From Octopus sinensis (Eukaryota), in the NCBI RefSeq assembly GCF_006345805.1, contig NC_043005.1:99572001-99636000 (forward strand): a stretch of 64,000 bases of DNA, given 5' to 3'. Below the pieces are notes generated by a model. The model was given only the letters and a program-made list of their open reading frames with translations. It ran no database searches and was not told the origin of the DNA. The translations under genes and the position numbers were made by a program. Shown here piece after piece: positions 50,271-63,019 of this stretch (within the stretch, counting starts at the first letter, position 1; every line of letters begins with the position of its first letter).

Positions 50271-52299
50271 CATCTCTGCAAACACACTAACATCAGTCAT
50301 CAAGCGATGGTGGGTGGACAAACACAGACACACATACAAATATATATACACACACACACATATCTGTCTGTCTGTCTCTCTCTCTATATATATATATGCG
50401 ACAGGCTTCTTTCAGTTTCTATTTACCAAATCCACCTACAAGGCTTTGATCAGCCTGAGGCTATAGTAGAAAACACTGGTCCAAGGTGCCATGCAGTGGG
50501 ATTGAAGCCAGAACCATGTGGTTGGTAAGCAAGCTTCTTACCACACAGCCACTCCTACACCTACAGTTTTAATTTAATTTATATAACTGGACAAGATCCT
50601 ATGAAATGAAGTCCATAGGTTATAAAGTCATCTTGATTTAGGACTATATCTCCTAATATAAGAATGATCGTAGTGTTTTTATATATCTGTATATATATAT
50701 ATATTTGTTCAGAATTATGCTGGATGTAGCGTAGGGGAGAAAACAGCAATTCAGTGATGAAGTAGTGAGGGTAAGAAGTAGAGAGGGAGAAAGTAATAGC
50801 AATGCGAGAAAGGAAGGGATGAGAGTTGAATAAGGAAGGCGGGGAAAAATCAGCTTTTCAACTCTGTGTGAGTATATGTGTGTATGTACAAGGGAAGTAT
50901 GTGAATATTTGTATGTGTGATTATTATGTAGCTTATTTTGTACCTTATTTATGTATAAAATACTACAAATAGCTGTCATTATTGACGGCATGTGGTCAGT
51001 TATTTAGAATAATAATTATTAACACAATATATTCTATGTAAACAAGGTAGATTTGTCCTTGTAGTTTATTTGAAGTAGTGTTTCCTTTTATACATATCAA
51101 ACATTGTTAGCAAACATTTATAATATAAGCACAAGCCTGCAAATTTGGTGGGGTAGATGGGGTTATCCATTTAAACTGGCCTCGGTTATCATTTAGTATT
51201 TCATTTTATTCAATTCTTGAAGGATAGACGGAAAAGTTGACTTCCTCAAGAATGATATAAAGGTGAAGAGAAAAATAAATTTATTTAATATTTTTGATGT
51301 GACAAAAAATAATTGTGAAGTGAAAAATGTTTAAATGTCAAACACAGTATAAACAATATCGAAACTATTTTTTAGTTACACAGAATATGGCCAGAATGTG
51401 TTGATTGACATAAAAAGCCAGAATAAACCAGTTAGAATACTGAATGAATATTTTTCTCTTTGCGTTGTTAAGTAACTTTTATTACCTTCCTATTTCTATA
51501 ATTGGGGTTTAACACATCAGACTAGTGGAATCACAGGTGGAATGCAGGAAACTTAGTGGACTTTAGCTGTCAAGAAAATTACACCACAAAGCATTAAGTT
51601 GTCATCTTCTGTTGAGCTAAAGGTATTTTCAGTTTAAGCTGACTCAACTACATCTACAGCTACTTCAATATAAAACCATTCTGGATGACACTGCAATGTG
51701 TTCTAATTCCCAGCAATATTCCAATGATACCTCTTACATTTTATGGTCTTCTTAGATTAGTTCCAGACAGGTACATCAAAATGGTTTCCTAATGCCTTCT
51801 CCATTTTCAGGTGACAAAGAGATAAAAAGTGCTGTGACATTTATACCTTTCATCCAAACCATAGCAATGTAAGTTAAAAGCCACTGGCTGCAATGAGGGA
51901 CGGAACCTACATAGATTATGACTCATTGTCACTAGATACATATTATTCTACAATACTCTCCTCTCATTAGATTCAAATAACGGCCACTTGACATCGTCAA
52001 GGCATCTGGATAATTATGATATGTTGGAGAGAAGTGGTTGTAACAGATATCTACCAAGTTACGTAATAGTTTCATTCTATCTTTCTGTGCTGTCTTACCA
52101 TTCTTGCTTGAGAGATTGTTATATAGCATGAGACTATAAGTACATGAACACTTCACTTCTCTTTGGTAATCTTTACATTACCATACTTATACAAACATTA
52201 AGCTGATTATATATTCTGATTAAATTTCAAAATAATAAAGAATTCAGATACGTCTTGTTGAATAAGTATTGAATTAGACTAATGAAAAATCTTTATTTT

Positions 52300-52900
52300 T
52301 GTATAATTTCTGAACAATCTTCTTTCTGGCCATTCCTTTCTCATCTAGTCATCTTTTAAAATTTAACTGTCCCATAGACACAAAGAAATTTAGTACAAGC
52401 ACTTTGTTGTCCAAGCAGTAAGCTCAGTACTTTCATTTTCGTACATATCTCATGCTCAATATATTTGAGCTTTTTCAAAACAATATTCACAGCTTCATTA
52501 CTTTCGTTTTCCTGTACTGATTGCTAGCCAATTGGTATGGAAGCAAGTACGTTTTCATGTTCATTAATTAAAACCCACTTTAAACTGACGTTTCAGCTGC
52601 CAAAGGAAGCTCACCATTCATCTAATTTACATTGATCCATGACATTTGAAATATGACTAATATTATGGTAATAAGGAAATCTTCCATCTTGAGGAACTTC
52701 AAGAGACCATTTTCTCTATGACAATTGCATACTAAATGTTGTTCCTGGAGCTGGCAAGCTCTTTTTCATTTCAGTCTGGATTCTCGTAATTATAGCAAGG
52801 TCTGTGGTGATGCTAAATTGGGCAAGTGTTAAGTATTTTAATTCAAACTGAGTGTAAAGGGTTGGGTGTTTACATACATAAATATCATGTTTATATATGC
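52300..52900 (-). pseudogene. Chapaev3-like (CMC) DNA transposase remnant
   Basis: Minus-strand fragments SLKWVL...SIPIG, VLKKLKYIEH, LLLGQQSACTKF and KEWPER match my recollection of the SLKxVL-SIPIGH-LLGQQxGYTKxPCFLC-WP motif series. Confidence 0.6.
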
Positions 52901-53147
52901 ATATATAGATGGACATGTCATTTGCAAACAAATTGCTCATTCGATTTGTGTTGTTTGTTTCCACTTCTCCATGTAGTCATGTCCAAGCAGTTTGCTGTTC
53001 AATAGGCTGGGGGATTACTTCAACAGCATCAGACAGAGTTGATGCCAGAAAGGGTTGGAGAAAATTCTTCCTTTTTGTACTCTAATCTGACCCATGAAAA
53101 CATAAAAAACACATTAAAACAATGACAATGATGATTGTTTGTGTATG

Positions 53148-53194
<47 letters not shown>

Positions 53195-53469
53195 GAGTGT
53201 GGGTGTGTGGATGTATGTGTGCAAGTATATGTATATGTACATATATATTTCCTTTTATTCTTTTACTTGTTTCAGTCATTTGACTTTGGCTATGCTGGAG
53301 CATTACCTTTAGCCAAACAAATCAATCACAGGAATTATTCTTTGTAAGCCTAGTACTTATTCTATCAGTCTCTTTTGCTGAACCACTAAGTTATGGGGAC
53401 GTAAACACACCAGCATAGGTTGTCAAGCGATGGTGGAGGGACAAACACAGACATACAAATATTATTATT

Positions 53470-53845
53470 ATGGCTGCCCCCTCGTTATCGAGTATGGCCA
53501 TTGTACGAAGCTTAACTGTTACTGGTGCTGTGATCAAATGTGACTTTTTAGCTCAGCTAAAGATCTACAATGTCTTGTACAAAATTGGCAACTAAAACCT
53601 TTACTGGTAATAGCCGGCTGTAGTTGTAACTGGGCTTCATGTACCTTTGCATGTCGTTTAAGTCCTCCTGCCGAATTACACTCTCTTCCACATGCCTGAC
53701 AGATATGATTAGTATGGTCTGTTATACCACCACCAGTGGCCAGGTTGTCACTCATCTGTCTCGTTTTATGACTACAAAGATGACTCATGAGTCCAGCTTT
53801 ACTGAGGCAGGGTCTTGCACAGACATTGCATGTCAGCATCAAAGG
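53470..53845 (-). pseudogene. 3' end of an RTE-BovB-like LINE with three C2H2-type zinc fingers
   Basis: CNVCARPCLSKAGLMSH, CQACGRECNSAGGLKRHAKVH and CQFCTRHCRSLAELKSH. The tail GCTT(C)GT.CAATGG.CATACTCGATAACGAGGG is shared with 27985-28020. Confidence 0.65.
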
Positions 53846-54788
53846 AAGTCACAAATATACATACATACATATATATGATGGGTTTCTTTCAGTTTCTGTC
53901 TACCAAATCCACTCAAAAGGCTTTAGTCAGCCCAAATCTATAGTAGAAGATACTTGCCCAAGGTGCCACGCAGTAGGATTGCACCTGGAACTATGTGGTT
54001 GGGAAGCAAGCTTCTTACCACACAGCTACTCTTGTAGACTGTGTAAAGTGGTTGGTGGTTAAGAGGGGCATCCAGCCATAGAAACCATGCCAAAGAAGAC
54101 AGAAGAGCGTGATGTAGTCCACTGACTATCCAGCTCCTATCAAACCATCCAACATTTGCCAGCATGGAATACAGATGTTAAATGATGTTGATGATGGTGA
54201 GATAGACAGACAGACAGACAGATAGATAGATACATACATACATACATACATAAATACATACATACAAACAAACAAACATACAAATAAACATACAAATAAA
54301 CATACAAACAAACAAAAATACCCTGTTGTTGATGTTGAAATTCCAATCAAGGAACCTTGGATCTAGGTTAGAAACCGGTTCTTTCTCTATTGGCAAGAAA
54401 CTTTGAAATAAATTGTATAATGACATACGTACATATATAAATATGAACTCAAGAAAAATATGACATTTGTTATTACAAGTTGAAGAATATATAGCTTACA
54501 GTTGATACAAAACTGTAGGAGTGTTGATAATGTTCATGCAAAGCACTTGAAATATTACTATCCAAAACTACCATATTGAATAAGAAGAACAAGCTATTAG
54601 TGAATTGCAACCAAAAAATTTTCAGTACATTTAAAAATCATCATGGGAAACCATATTAATTTGCATATTTTTATGTGAAACTTTATATATGTGCTCGTGT
54701 GTGTGTTTGTGCAAATATTTGTGTGTGTCTATGTATGAAATCATACCTACATATGCATATGTGTGTGTGTAGTAAATATTTATAGGTT

Positions 54789-55212
54789 GCAGTACTATAG
54801 TGCTCTTATAAGACATCCACATAAAATAGGATTTAAGGAGTGCATTAAGTAATAATACTGCTTCCATCATTAATATTTGATTTATTCTTGGTTTGCAGCT
54901 ACACCAGTGGCTGAATAATTACTGTTTCTCTCTATATTGGTGGAAGGGAGATTTGGTCAGCATACTGTTAGTTTACACTTGCTGCTGATGAGGCACAAAC
55001 CATGCTGAAATATCGTGATACAGCTGTTCTACCACTGGAGTGGGGTAGTTCTCATCTGTTATCAATATCTCAATCCTTTTATGCATTAAACATCTATGTG
55101 AGAAGCTTTCTCAGAACAAATACTGCAGTATTATGGTTTTCTTATAATACATCCACATTAAATAGGGTTTAAGGACTGCCACTTAGTAATAACAGTGCCT
55201 TCATTGCTAATA
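54789..55212 (+). mobile_element. Older 336-bp unit with diverged direct repeats of about 85 bp and an internal hammerhead-like motif
   Basis: CATCCACA...AAATAGG.TTTAAGGA at 54814 and 55150 (period 336); motif at 54981-55024. Confidence 0.55.
54981..55024 (+). ncRNA. Hammerhead-like motif (degenerate type I)
   Basis: GCTG-CTGATGA-GGCA-caaacca-TGCT-GAAA-TATCGTGAT-A/CAGC. Stem I has 4 bp, stem II has 4 bp with a G-U pair, stem III is weak. Confidence 0.55.
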
Positions 55213-55285
55213 ACTGATATATATACATATACATACATAAAATATATGTTTGCAGATGCTCACACACACACAAGCACATATATAT

Positions 55286-55326
<41 letters not shown>

Positions 55327-55889
55327 CAAGAAAAAGGGATAAAGTAGAGTGTAACACAAAACAAAAAATTGGTCAGAGAAGTAGATTCTACACCCTATTC
55401 TTGTATCCAGTGTAGCATGTCATGGAGAATCAACCTCAGAGTAGGCTAAGAGTACAGAGTATGAGCCAAAATAATAGAAATTAAAGTAATTAGCAGAAAA
55501 ACAAGTTTGATATTCAATATATTATAGGACATACACATGTTTCAACAAAATGCTGGAATAATTACATAACACTTGTAGAAACATTTTGCAATTATGCACT
55601 TCACCTCATCAATGTCCTGCAGTAAAAACAATATTTACTGTGGCATACTAATGGGTTGAAGAGCCAGATTGCATAATGTTTCTACAACTGCTATGCAATT
55701 ATTTTAGCATTTTGCTGAAATGGTTGTATGTCCTATAAAGCATAGAATACCATACATGTTTTTCTGTTTATTATATATATATAAAATATGTATATATATA
55801 ATATATATACATATATAATATATACATATATAATATATACATAATATAAATATATATAATATACATATATATAATATACATTTTTTTTT

Positions 55890-57560
55890 GCTTGTTTCAG
55901 CTTAGAGCTGCAACCATGCTGATGCACCGCCGTTTTGTGCTACACTATTATTACGAAGAACCTCCTCTAATATGTGGCACTTGGTGAAGAATGGAGTTTG
56001 ATATAGCTACTCTCATTTGCACCTCTTGCCGTGTGGTAGGTTCATCTGGGATTCTCGACAGGAAGATGTCCATCTTTGATTTAAAAACAGCTACATCTAC
56101 TTTGTGCAAGTTCCTCAGACTCTTTGGGAGAATATTAAAAAGCTGTGGGCCCTTGAAACCCAGGCTGTTGCAGAAGCTGGTCCTGAAGCATGATGGCATT
56201 GCTGGGATCTTTGGCACTATGCAGTGTCGTCCCGTTCTAGCATTAGTGTAGCTTGCAATGCCAAAATTTGGCACAATTCCTTCCAGGATCTTCCAGACAT
56301 ATATTACTGCATCCCTCTTGCGTCTTCTCTCCAGGGAGTAGAGTCTTAGCTGTTTCAACCTTTCCCAGTAGCTGAGCTGTTCCAAAGAGACGATCTTTGT
56401 GAATCTTCTCTGGATTGCTTGAAGGTCCGCTGTTAATTTTACACTGGTGGGTGACCATAGCTGTGAGCAGTAATCCAGGCGGCTGAGGACGAATGTCCGC
56501 CAGAGGACCATCATGGTTTCCTTATCTCTGGTTCTGAATGTTCTTAGGATCCACCCAGCCAGTCGTCTGCACTTTGTCGCCATCCTGGTAATGTGCACTT
56601 GGAAAGAGTTTACTCATGTCGATACCCAGGTCCCTCACAGACTTAGGCTCTGGGATTGAAATTCCCTGTGGACCAGTGTATCCTGTAAGTTTAATATTCA
56701 GTTTGGGATGCTGGTAGTGCAGGGCCTGGAATTTTTCAGCATTAAACTGCATATTATTATCCTCAGCCCATCTGTAGATTGAGTCCAACTCCTGCTGCAG
56801 GTGTGCAACATTGCTGTGGTTCTGTATTTTCTGCGAGACTTTTGTATCGTCTGCATAGCTGGCCAGAGTGGCTATCCGGGCATTTGAGGGTATATCTGAG
56901 AGGGCCACTATAAAAAGCAGTGGTCCCAAGACAGTGCCCTGTGGAACACCACTCACTATTTGTGTGTTCATAGAGGTGGCTCCATTAACCACTACTGCCT
57001 GACTCCTATCTTTCAGGAAGTCATGCAACCACACTCCAAGTTTTCCAGCTATGCCGAGGTCACGCAGTTTGTGGCATATCATACCATGATCCACCTTGTC
57101 AAAAGCTTTTGCAAAATCAAGGTAGATTACGTCCACATTTGATTTGTTCAGTAACTGCCTCAACACCCAGTCATAATGTTGTAAGAGCTGGGTCAGCCAG
57201 CTCCTACCTTGTCGAAAACCATGCTGGGTATCACTCAGCAAGTTATTTTCCTCAAGGAACGTGATTAGTTTCATTCTGACTATCCGTTCCATGACTTTGC
57301 TGATGTGTGAAGTCAGAAAGATAGACCTATAGTTTTTGGCATCTGCTCTACTTCCCCCTTTATGTATTGGGCATATTATTCCCTCCTTCAGCTTGCTTGG
57401 CAGTTTGCCATTCGCAAGAAAGCTCTGGAAGAGAATCTTGAGGGGTTTTGCCAGGGCATGTTTACACGCTTTGAGGAGGATTGCTGGGAAACCGTCTGGA
57501 CCAGCAGCTGAGTTTGTGTCCACTTCATCTATGGCTAGTAGGACATCTTCTTCGCTAATG
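55890..57560 (-). mobile_element. 5'-truncated CR1-clade LINE (second family), frameshifted RT, 3' tail and A-tract
   Basis: ORFs 56522-57619 and 55951-56598 carry QHGFRQG, LDFAKAFDKVDH, GVPQGTVLGP, YADD and SRLDY. The tail ends GCTGAAACAAGC(A)9. Confidence 0.9.
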
Positions 57561-58529
57561 TCAAAACATTCTATTATATATATATATAGTCGTATGTAAT
57601 TGTATATAAATGTTTTCATGCATATGTGTATCTGTATGTATGTTTATATATGCATGTTTGTGTGTGTATATATATATATGTGTGTGTGCATGCGCATATA
57701 TATATTATACATATATTTTTCTCTTTTTCATGTATGTTTTGCTTCTGGCATTATCTTCTTTTACTATTTTTAGTTCAGATTTTTTTTTGTATGGTATATA
57801 TGCTTCAATGTACAATAAAAAAAACAAAAACAATATGTTTCAGCATTTTTAATATCAATCTAGGATCCAGTTACTGAAGAAATAGTAGATATACAGATAT
57901 TATATATACATACAGTAAGTTCATTATTGAAACTTATGCGTAATATATTCTTTAAATGTCATATTACTCTATGGATTTTTTATGATGTGAACTGATTACC
58001 TAATAAGTAAAAACGTTTATTCATAATTCACAGCATTTCCATATTAAGTTTCTTGGTAATGGTTAATTGTTTGGGTTAAAACATTTTGCCACATTTCGTC
58101 ATTGAAATTTATACTGTATAAATGATTAATTGGTGGCACATTTCAGCTGCCAAACCTGAATAAATTCATTAGTTAATGTGCTGAGAAGAAAATAAACTTG
58201 ATGCCAGTTTAAATATGTTTGAGAAATATTTAAATGCATTTCACTGCAGTTTGCATTGGAGAAGTATTTTCACTGGAGACAAAAAAAGTGTAAAAAAGAG
58301 TTTAAGGATGCCAGGGTTAGTTGAGAGCACCCCACCTTTTCGTCTCTGACAAGAATATAATATATATACATATATATATATATATATATTACTTTTCCTC
58401 TTCTGTCTGTCTCTTCCTCTCTCATTCTTCATACTTTCTGGTTTTCTCTCCCACCCTTCCCTATTCTTCTCCTCTACCTTTCACCGTTCCCTCTCTCTTA
58501 CTCCTCCTCCTCCTCCCTCTCATCACTGA

Positions 58530-59120
58530 CACGTGACCAGAAGGAAGATTTCTTTCCAACTGCTACCTTCAACAAGTCAACACGGCTTATCCTGTCCTTC
58601 TTGTAAGCCGTCTTCTCAATGCGTTCAAAATAATAATTTTTCCATCGTCTCGGCTTAACAGCCCTCACCGTTTGTTTTCCCTGTGTTATTCTCCTTGTCC
58701 TGTCTTTTACTGTCTTCATTTCGTATTGGTTTCACTGTCTTGTTTTGCTATTACTGTCCTGTACTTGTTACCACTTTTACCCGTCCACAAAAACTCCCAA
58801 ATTTTATTTAATTTGCTTTGCGGGAAGGACTGTTTCAACGAAGTCGCGTCTTGTCCTTACCTTCGAAAACGTGGTGTAGACGAAACAGGGAGAACTGAAG
58901 AAGGGGAATATTCCTTGTATTGTATGTCTTGTACTCTGTTTTTCCGTTGTTTGAAAATAAAAGTCCGTTTCCATGTTTTTGTTTTTATGTTTTCGTTTCT
59001 CATTGTGTTCAACGTTTTTTTGGTGTCCTGTACCCATATACGCATGTATATATACATATAGATGTAGGTATGTACATATATGCATGTATATTTGCATATG
59101 TTTATATATTATTTTGTTAT
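58530..59120. mobile_element. Second, diverged copy of the 43.6-kb repeat
   Basis: See the shared motifs listed for 43560-44170. Confidence 0.55.
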
Positions 59121-59140
59121 TATATATATATATATATATA

Positions 59141-59540
59141 TCTTATATAAAATCTGTTCTGTCTGTCTGTCTCTGTGTGTGTCTTCTAGGATCTTGGGCA
59201 TCCTCCATCTGATTGCACTCAAATTTGATATGTAGATACCGACGGTATCAGGGCGTGTATAAGTCTCAAAAAAATTACAAAAATCGATTCCAAGTGAGAA
59301 TTCGATCGATAAAGCTGTGGGAACGTACCTTTGTACGCACAATAAAATCGTTTTTCTTTGGAATAGAAAAAAGTCTATCGTTATTTCTTCTTTTGCTGGT
59401 GTCTCAAATTTAGGTTAAATGGGTGTTTCTCAAAGGGAAGGTCTATGGGACGGTCAGACAAGTTGTTTTGAGAAAATTTGGTTTAAATGTTTGACAACTT
59501 AGCACTGTCCATTGGATGGGAGGGGGGGGGGCGTTTTGCT
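59141..59540 (+). mobile_element. Helitron-like 5' portion
   Basis: A|TCTTATATAAAA followed by (CTGT)n and CTCAAATTTG. No CTAG end was seen. Confidence 0.45.
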
Positions 59541-60554
59541 CATATATATATATATATATATATAAAAGAAGTTACATATGTAAAAGGGAATATGAAGATT
59601 ACTCTACCCAACAAGAGTTGAACATTACTACACACTCTTGCATGCAGAGACTTGCTTTCAATAAACAAACATAACTTTAAAAATGTAATGGATACTCTTT
59701 TTTGATAAATAACCATAGTTTTAACTACATTAGTGACATCAATTCATTTAATTAAAAAACACTTTGCTACCCATTACCAAATCAGCCAGAATTCCCATGG
59801 GAATTAACAGTAGTTCCTTTTGGGACTTTGACAGAAAACAACAAAGCATTCAATAAAATGTATGTAGGTATCTGTGTGTGTGTGTGTGCGTTTGTGTGTG
59901 TGTGTGCATTTGTGTGTGTGTGTGCATTTGTGTTTGTGTGTATGCGCATGCATGTGCATGAGAGAGAGAGAGAGAGCATGGGTGTATATGAAGAAAGATC
60001 AAGAGATTGATAGAAAGAAGTTATTTATTGGCTCCGGTTCAGATTCCTTCTTTCAATCCATGACTGAGCACACTGACCTTAGATTGACCACTGACCATTA
60101 AACACACACACACACACACACACACATATTGCCGTTGTAAACTTCATTATTTCTGTAAGGCATTGAAAATTGGTGTTATTTTATGAAAGAGCAAGTAACC
60201 AATTTGTTCCAAAACTTAAATTTTGAATTTAGTCTTAATCATAAAATTTCACCTCAAAAGCTCAAAGCATTTTTTTCAGCTTTTATTGTTTTTATGCTCA
60301 CATGTTTTCATTAAACCGAATCTTTTTCTTTCTTTCTTTTTTTTTCACCATTTTTCATCGTTTTATCAAATGTGTGAAATAACTACAAGGAAGTGGGGCA
60401 AAATTGGTAACTGGGGCAAAATGGATTATTAACAATTTCTCATTATTTTCTCAAAACTTGTTTGAAACCATTATATTGCAAGTAGCGCATCACCATATTG
60501 TACTCTTCTATCATCTTTGAGAGCATTGTTGTTATTGCCGTTAGGTAACAGGTA

Positions 60555-60942
60555 CTCTTTTACTTGTTTCAGTCATTTGACTGCAGCCATGCTGGAGCAC
60601 CGCCTTTAGTCGAGCAAATCGACCCCAGGACTTATTCTTTGTAAGTCTAGTACTTATTCTATCGATCTCTTTTTTGCCAAACCGCTAAGTTACAGGGACG
60701 TAAAAACACCAGCATTGGTTGTAAAGCAATGTTGGGGGGAGGGGACAAACACAGACACATACATAAATATACATATATACGATGGGCTTCTTTCAGTTTC
60801 TGTCTACCAAATCCACTCACAAGGCTTTGGTCGGTCCAAGGCTATAGTAGAAGACACTTGCCCAAGGTGCCGCGCAGTGGGACTGAACCTGGAACCATGT
60901 GGTTGGTCAGCAAGCTATTTACCACACAGCCACTCCTGTACC
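60555..60942 (-). mobile_element. tRNA-derived SINE, full length
   Basis: Family structure on the minus strand. Confidence 0.9.
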
Positions 60943-61208
60943 TTTTCGAGAAATTTACCCTCAGCTTTGACCCAGTTGTAATTGAGGTCACTAATAAAAT
61001 CTCGAGATAATTTTGGGCATTCAATTTCCTCTGTTGGGTTCCAAGTCCATTTTTTTCCCCACGCTAATGTCTACTTTGATAGTCTTCAATGTTCAAAAAC
61101 TGGTGTCTAAACTGGGGCAAAATGGGTAATGGCCAATTTCAATAATCTCTTCTCTTTAACTGGTGCATAAATGTATGAGGAAGAAAGCCAAGTGGAATTC
61201 TGCTTTAA

Positions 61209-61618
61209 GTACCCCTTATAAAATTTCAGAACTTTTTCTAGTTTTTGGAATTTTCAGAAAATGTTTGTGAATTTGTATTCTTCACATGGGAGTTCATACA
61301 ACTATGAAATAACAAAAAAAAAAAAAAAAAAATTGCGTCTGATTTAAGGGCTATTTAGCTGTTACTTTTTAGCACGTCTCCCGATCACCTGATACCCTCC
61401 TTGTTTTGTTTGTCACTCTAGTGTTTCTCTTTGCTTTTCAATATCTTTTCCCCCATAAACACATTTAATGGTCTGTTGCTGGGATTCAAGTCAACATTTA
61501 GGACTGTCTGTAATTAAAGAAAAATATTTGAAAAATTAAAAAAAAAAACCTTTTCATAGTCGTATGAATCCTCGTGTGTTTTGAAAATTCCAAAAAATTA
61601 ATAAAAGTTATGGGGTGC
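61209..61618. mobile_element. MITE with imperfect TIRs of about 100 bp, flanked by TTAA
   Basis: TTAA|GTACCCC...TTGGAATTTTCA...TTCATACAACTATGAAA is mirrored at 61550-61618|TTAA. Confidence 0.7.
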
Positions 61619-62169
61619 TTAAACCGGAATTCTGCAGAGATCCGCTCCAGCAGATTACGAAGAAGTTATGGAGAATATTTTATGTTGAGTCTTTTTAATT
61701 TAGTCAAGTTTTGATAATTTCATATTATGCCATTTTTCTATGATTTCCTTTCATTTGACCAAGATATTGATGTGTAATTCTGGAGAACTGAAGAGGCAAA
61801 TTTACCTTACCTTTTCTTACCCATTTTGACCCATCTAAATTTGTCCTTTATTATGCTCAAAGAGAACAGAGGTAATTTTCTGAAATAGTGTTCTGAATAT
61901 GTTATAGTGGTTTTTAAGGCATTTAGAGATCATTTGCTTAGCTTATGCAGTTTTTGTAAGATAGTGAACATTTATAAAACTATTTTTTTCTCTAAGTCAA
62001 AAAGGCAGTAAAGGTTATTCATTGAGCCCCATTACCCCTTACTGGAAACAGGAAAAACAGACTTTTGGAATATTATCTATTATGATGGCCAGGTTATTTA
62101 TTATTACAGCAACAAAGTCTACCTGCAACACTTCTCAGTCTATTATCACTGCTTTGAGGTCCCAGATTT

Positions 62170-62778
62170 ATTCGAGGCCAGATGTGTGAAGAAGTGCCAC
62201 ACCCAAACAGTGGAAAGAATCTGGAGTAGGAGTAAACCCAAGAAGACATGGAATGAGGTGGTCAAGCATGACCTTTGAGCGTTGAGCCTCACAGAGGCAA
62301 TGACAAAAGACTGAGACCTCTGGAGATATGCTATGACTGCGAAGACCCGGCAATTAAAGTGAGTTCACGGCTGTTTCCTACACCAGTTTCTCATAAGCAG
62401 CCCCAGCCCATTCAAAAGTACCTTGGATTGTTGGGTGACCTGCTGTGCTTGAGGAGACCTATTGAGTCAAGTACATCAACATCAAAATGAAGATCAAATG
62501 GAAATTGTAGTTGTGATATCCCTGCCGGTGGCACGTAAAAAGCAGAAACCGATCGTGGCCGTTGCCAGCCTCCTCTGGCACCTGTGCTGGTGACATGGAA
62601 AAAGCAGCCACTACACTCACAGAGTGGTTGGCGTTAGGAAGGGCATCCAGCTGTAGAAACACTACCAGATCAGACGAGCCTGGTGCAGCCTCCTGGCTTC
62701 CCAGACCCCGGTCGAACCGTCCAACCCATGCTAGCATGGAAAATGGACATTAAACGATGATGATGATGATGATGATGA
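62170..62778 (+). mobile_element. RTE 3' fragment (ORF end, 3' UTR, (GAT)n)
   Basis: AGATGTGTGAAGAAGTGCCACACC...GTGGTCAAGCATGACC matches 46700-46800, followed by the common RTE tail. Confidence 0.85.
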
Positions 62779-63019
62779 GTGTTTGCAATCAAGTTGTTTA
62801 TGTGTGGTGATGTTTTCCTCTGCTTACATCACCACAAAGTGGGTTCCACAAGACTAACTTGGATGCTCCCAGCTTAGGTTGGTGCACACAGTGACCACAT
62901 AGTCGCAGCCATCTTTCTGTGATCTTGCTAACTTTCGACAGGTCTCCATAAAGGCAATTCCTTTGTCACATGTTGCTGCCATTTCACATTTAGAACCATA
63001 TGTAGCATTCTTGTGTAGC

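Noticed and set aside
53534-53842. Host C2H2 zinc-finger gene exon
   Set aside because: No TGEKP linkers. It is followed by an interspersed RTE-type tail and nested in a SINE.
58870-58925. GACGAAA...CTGAAGAAGGGG...CCTT as a type II/III hammerhead
   Set aside because: Only 9 nt lie between GAAA and CTGAAGA, too few for stems III and I, and there is no GAAA after stem II.
2193-59412. Many ORFs rich in Y/I/C/V/H/T (e.g. 31668-32456, 33470-34138, 3802-4266)
   Set aside because: Translations of (TA)n, (CA)n and (TATG)n microsatellites or SINE bodies, with no protein signal.
60385-62045. Single large TIR transposon bounded by GGGGCAAAATGG motifs
   Set aside because: The motifs recur (60395, 61113, and inverted near 61815), but I could not define matching termini or a TSD.
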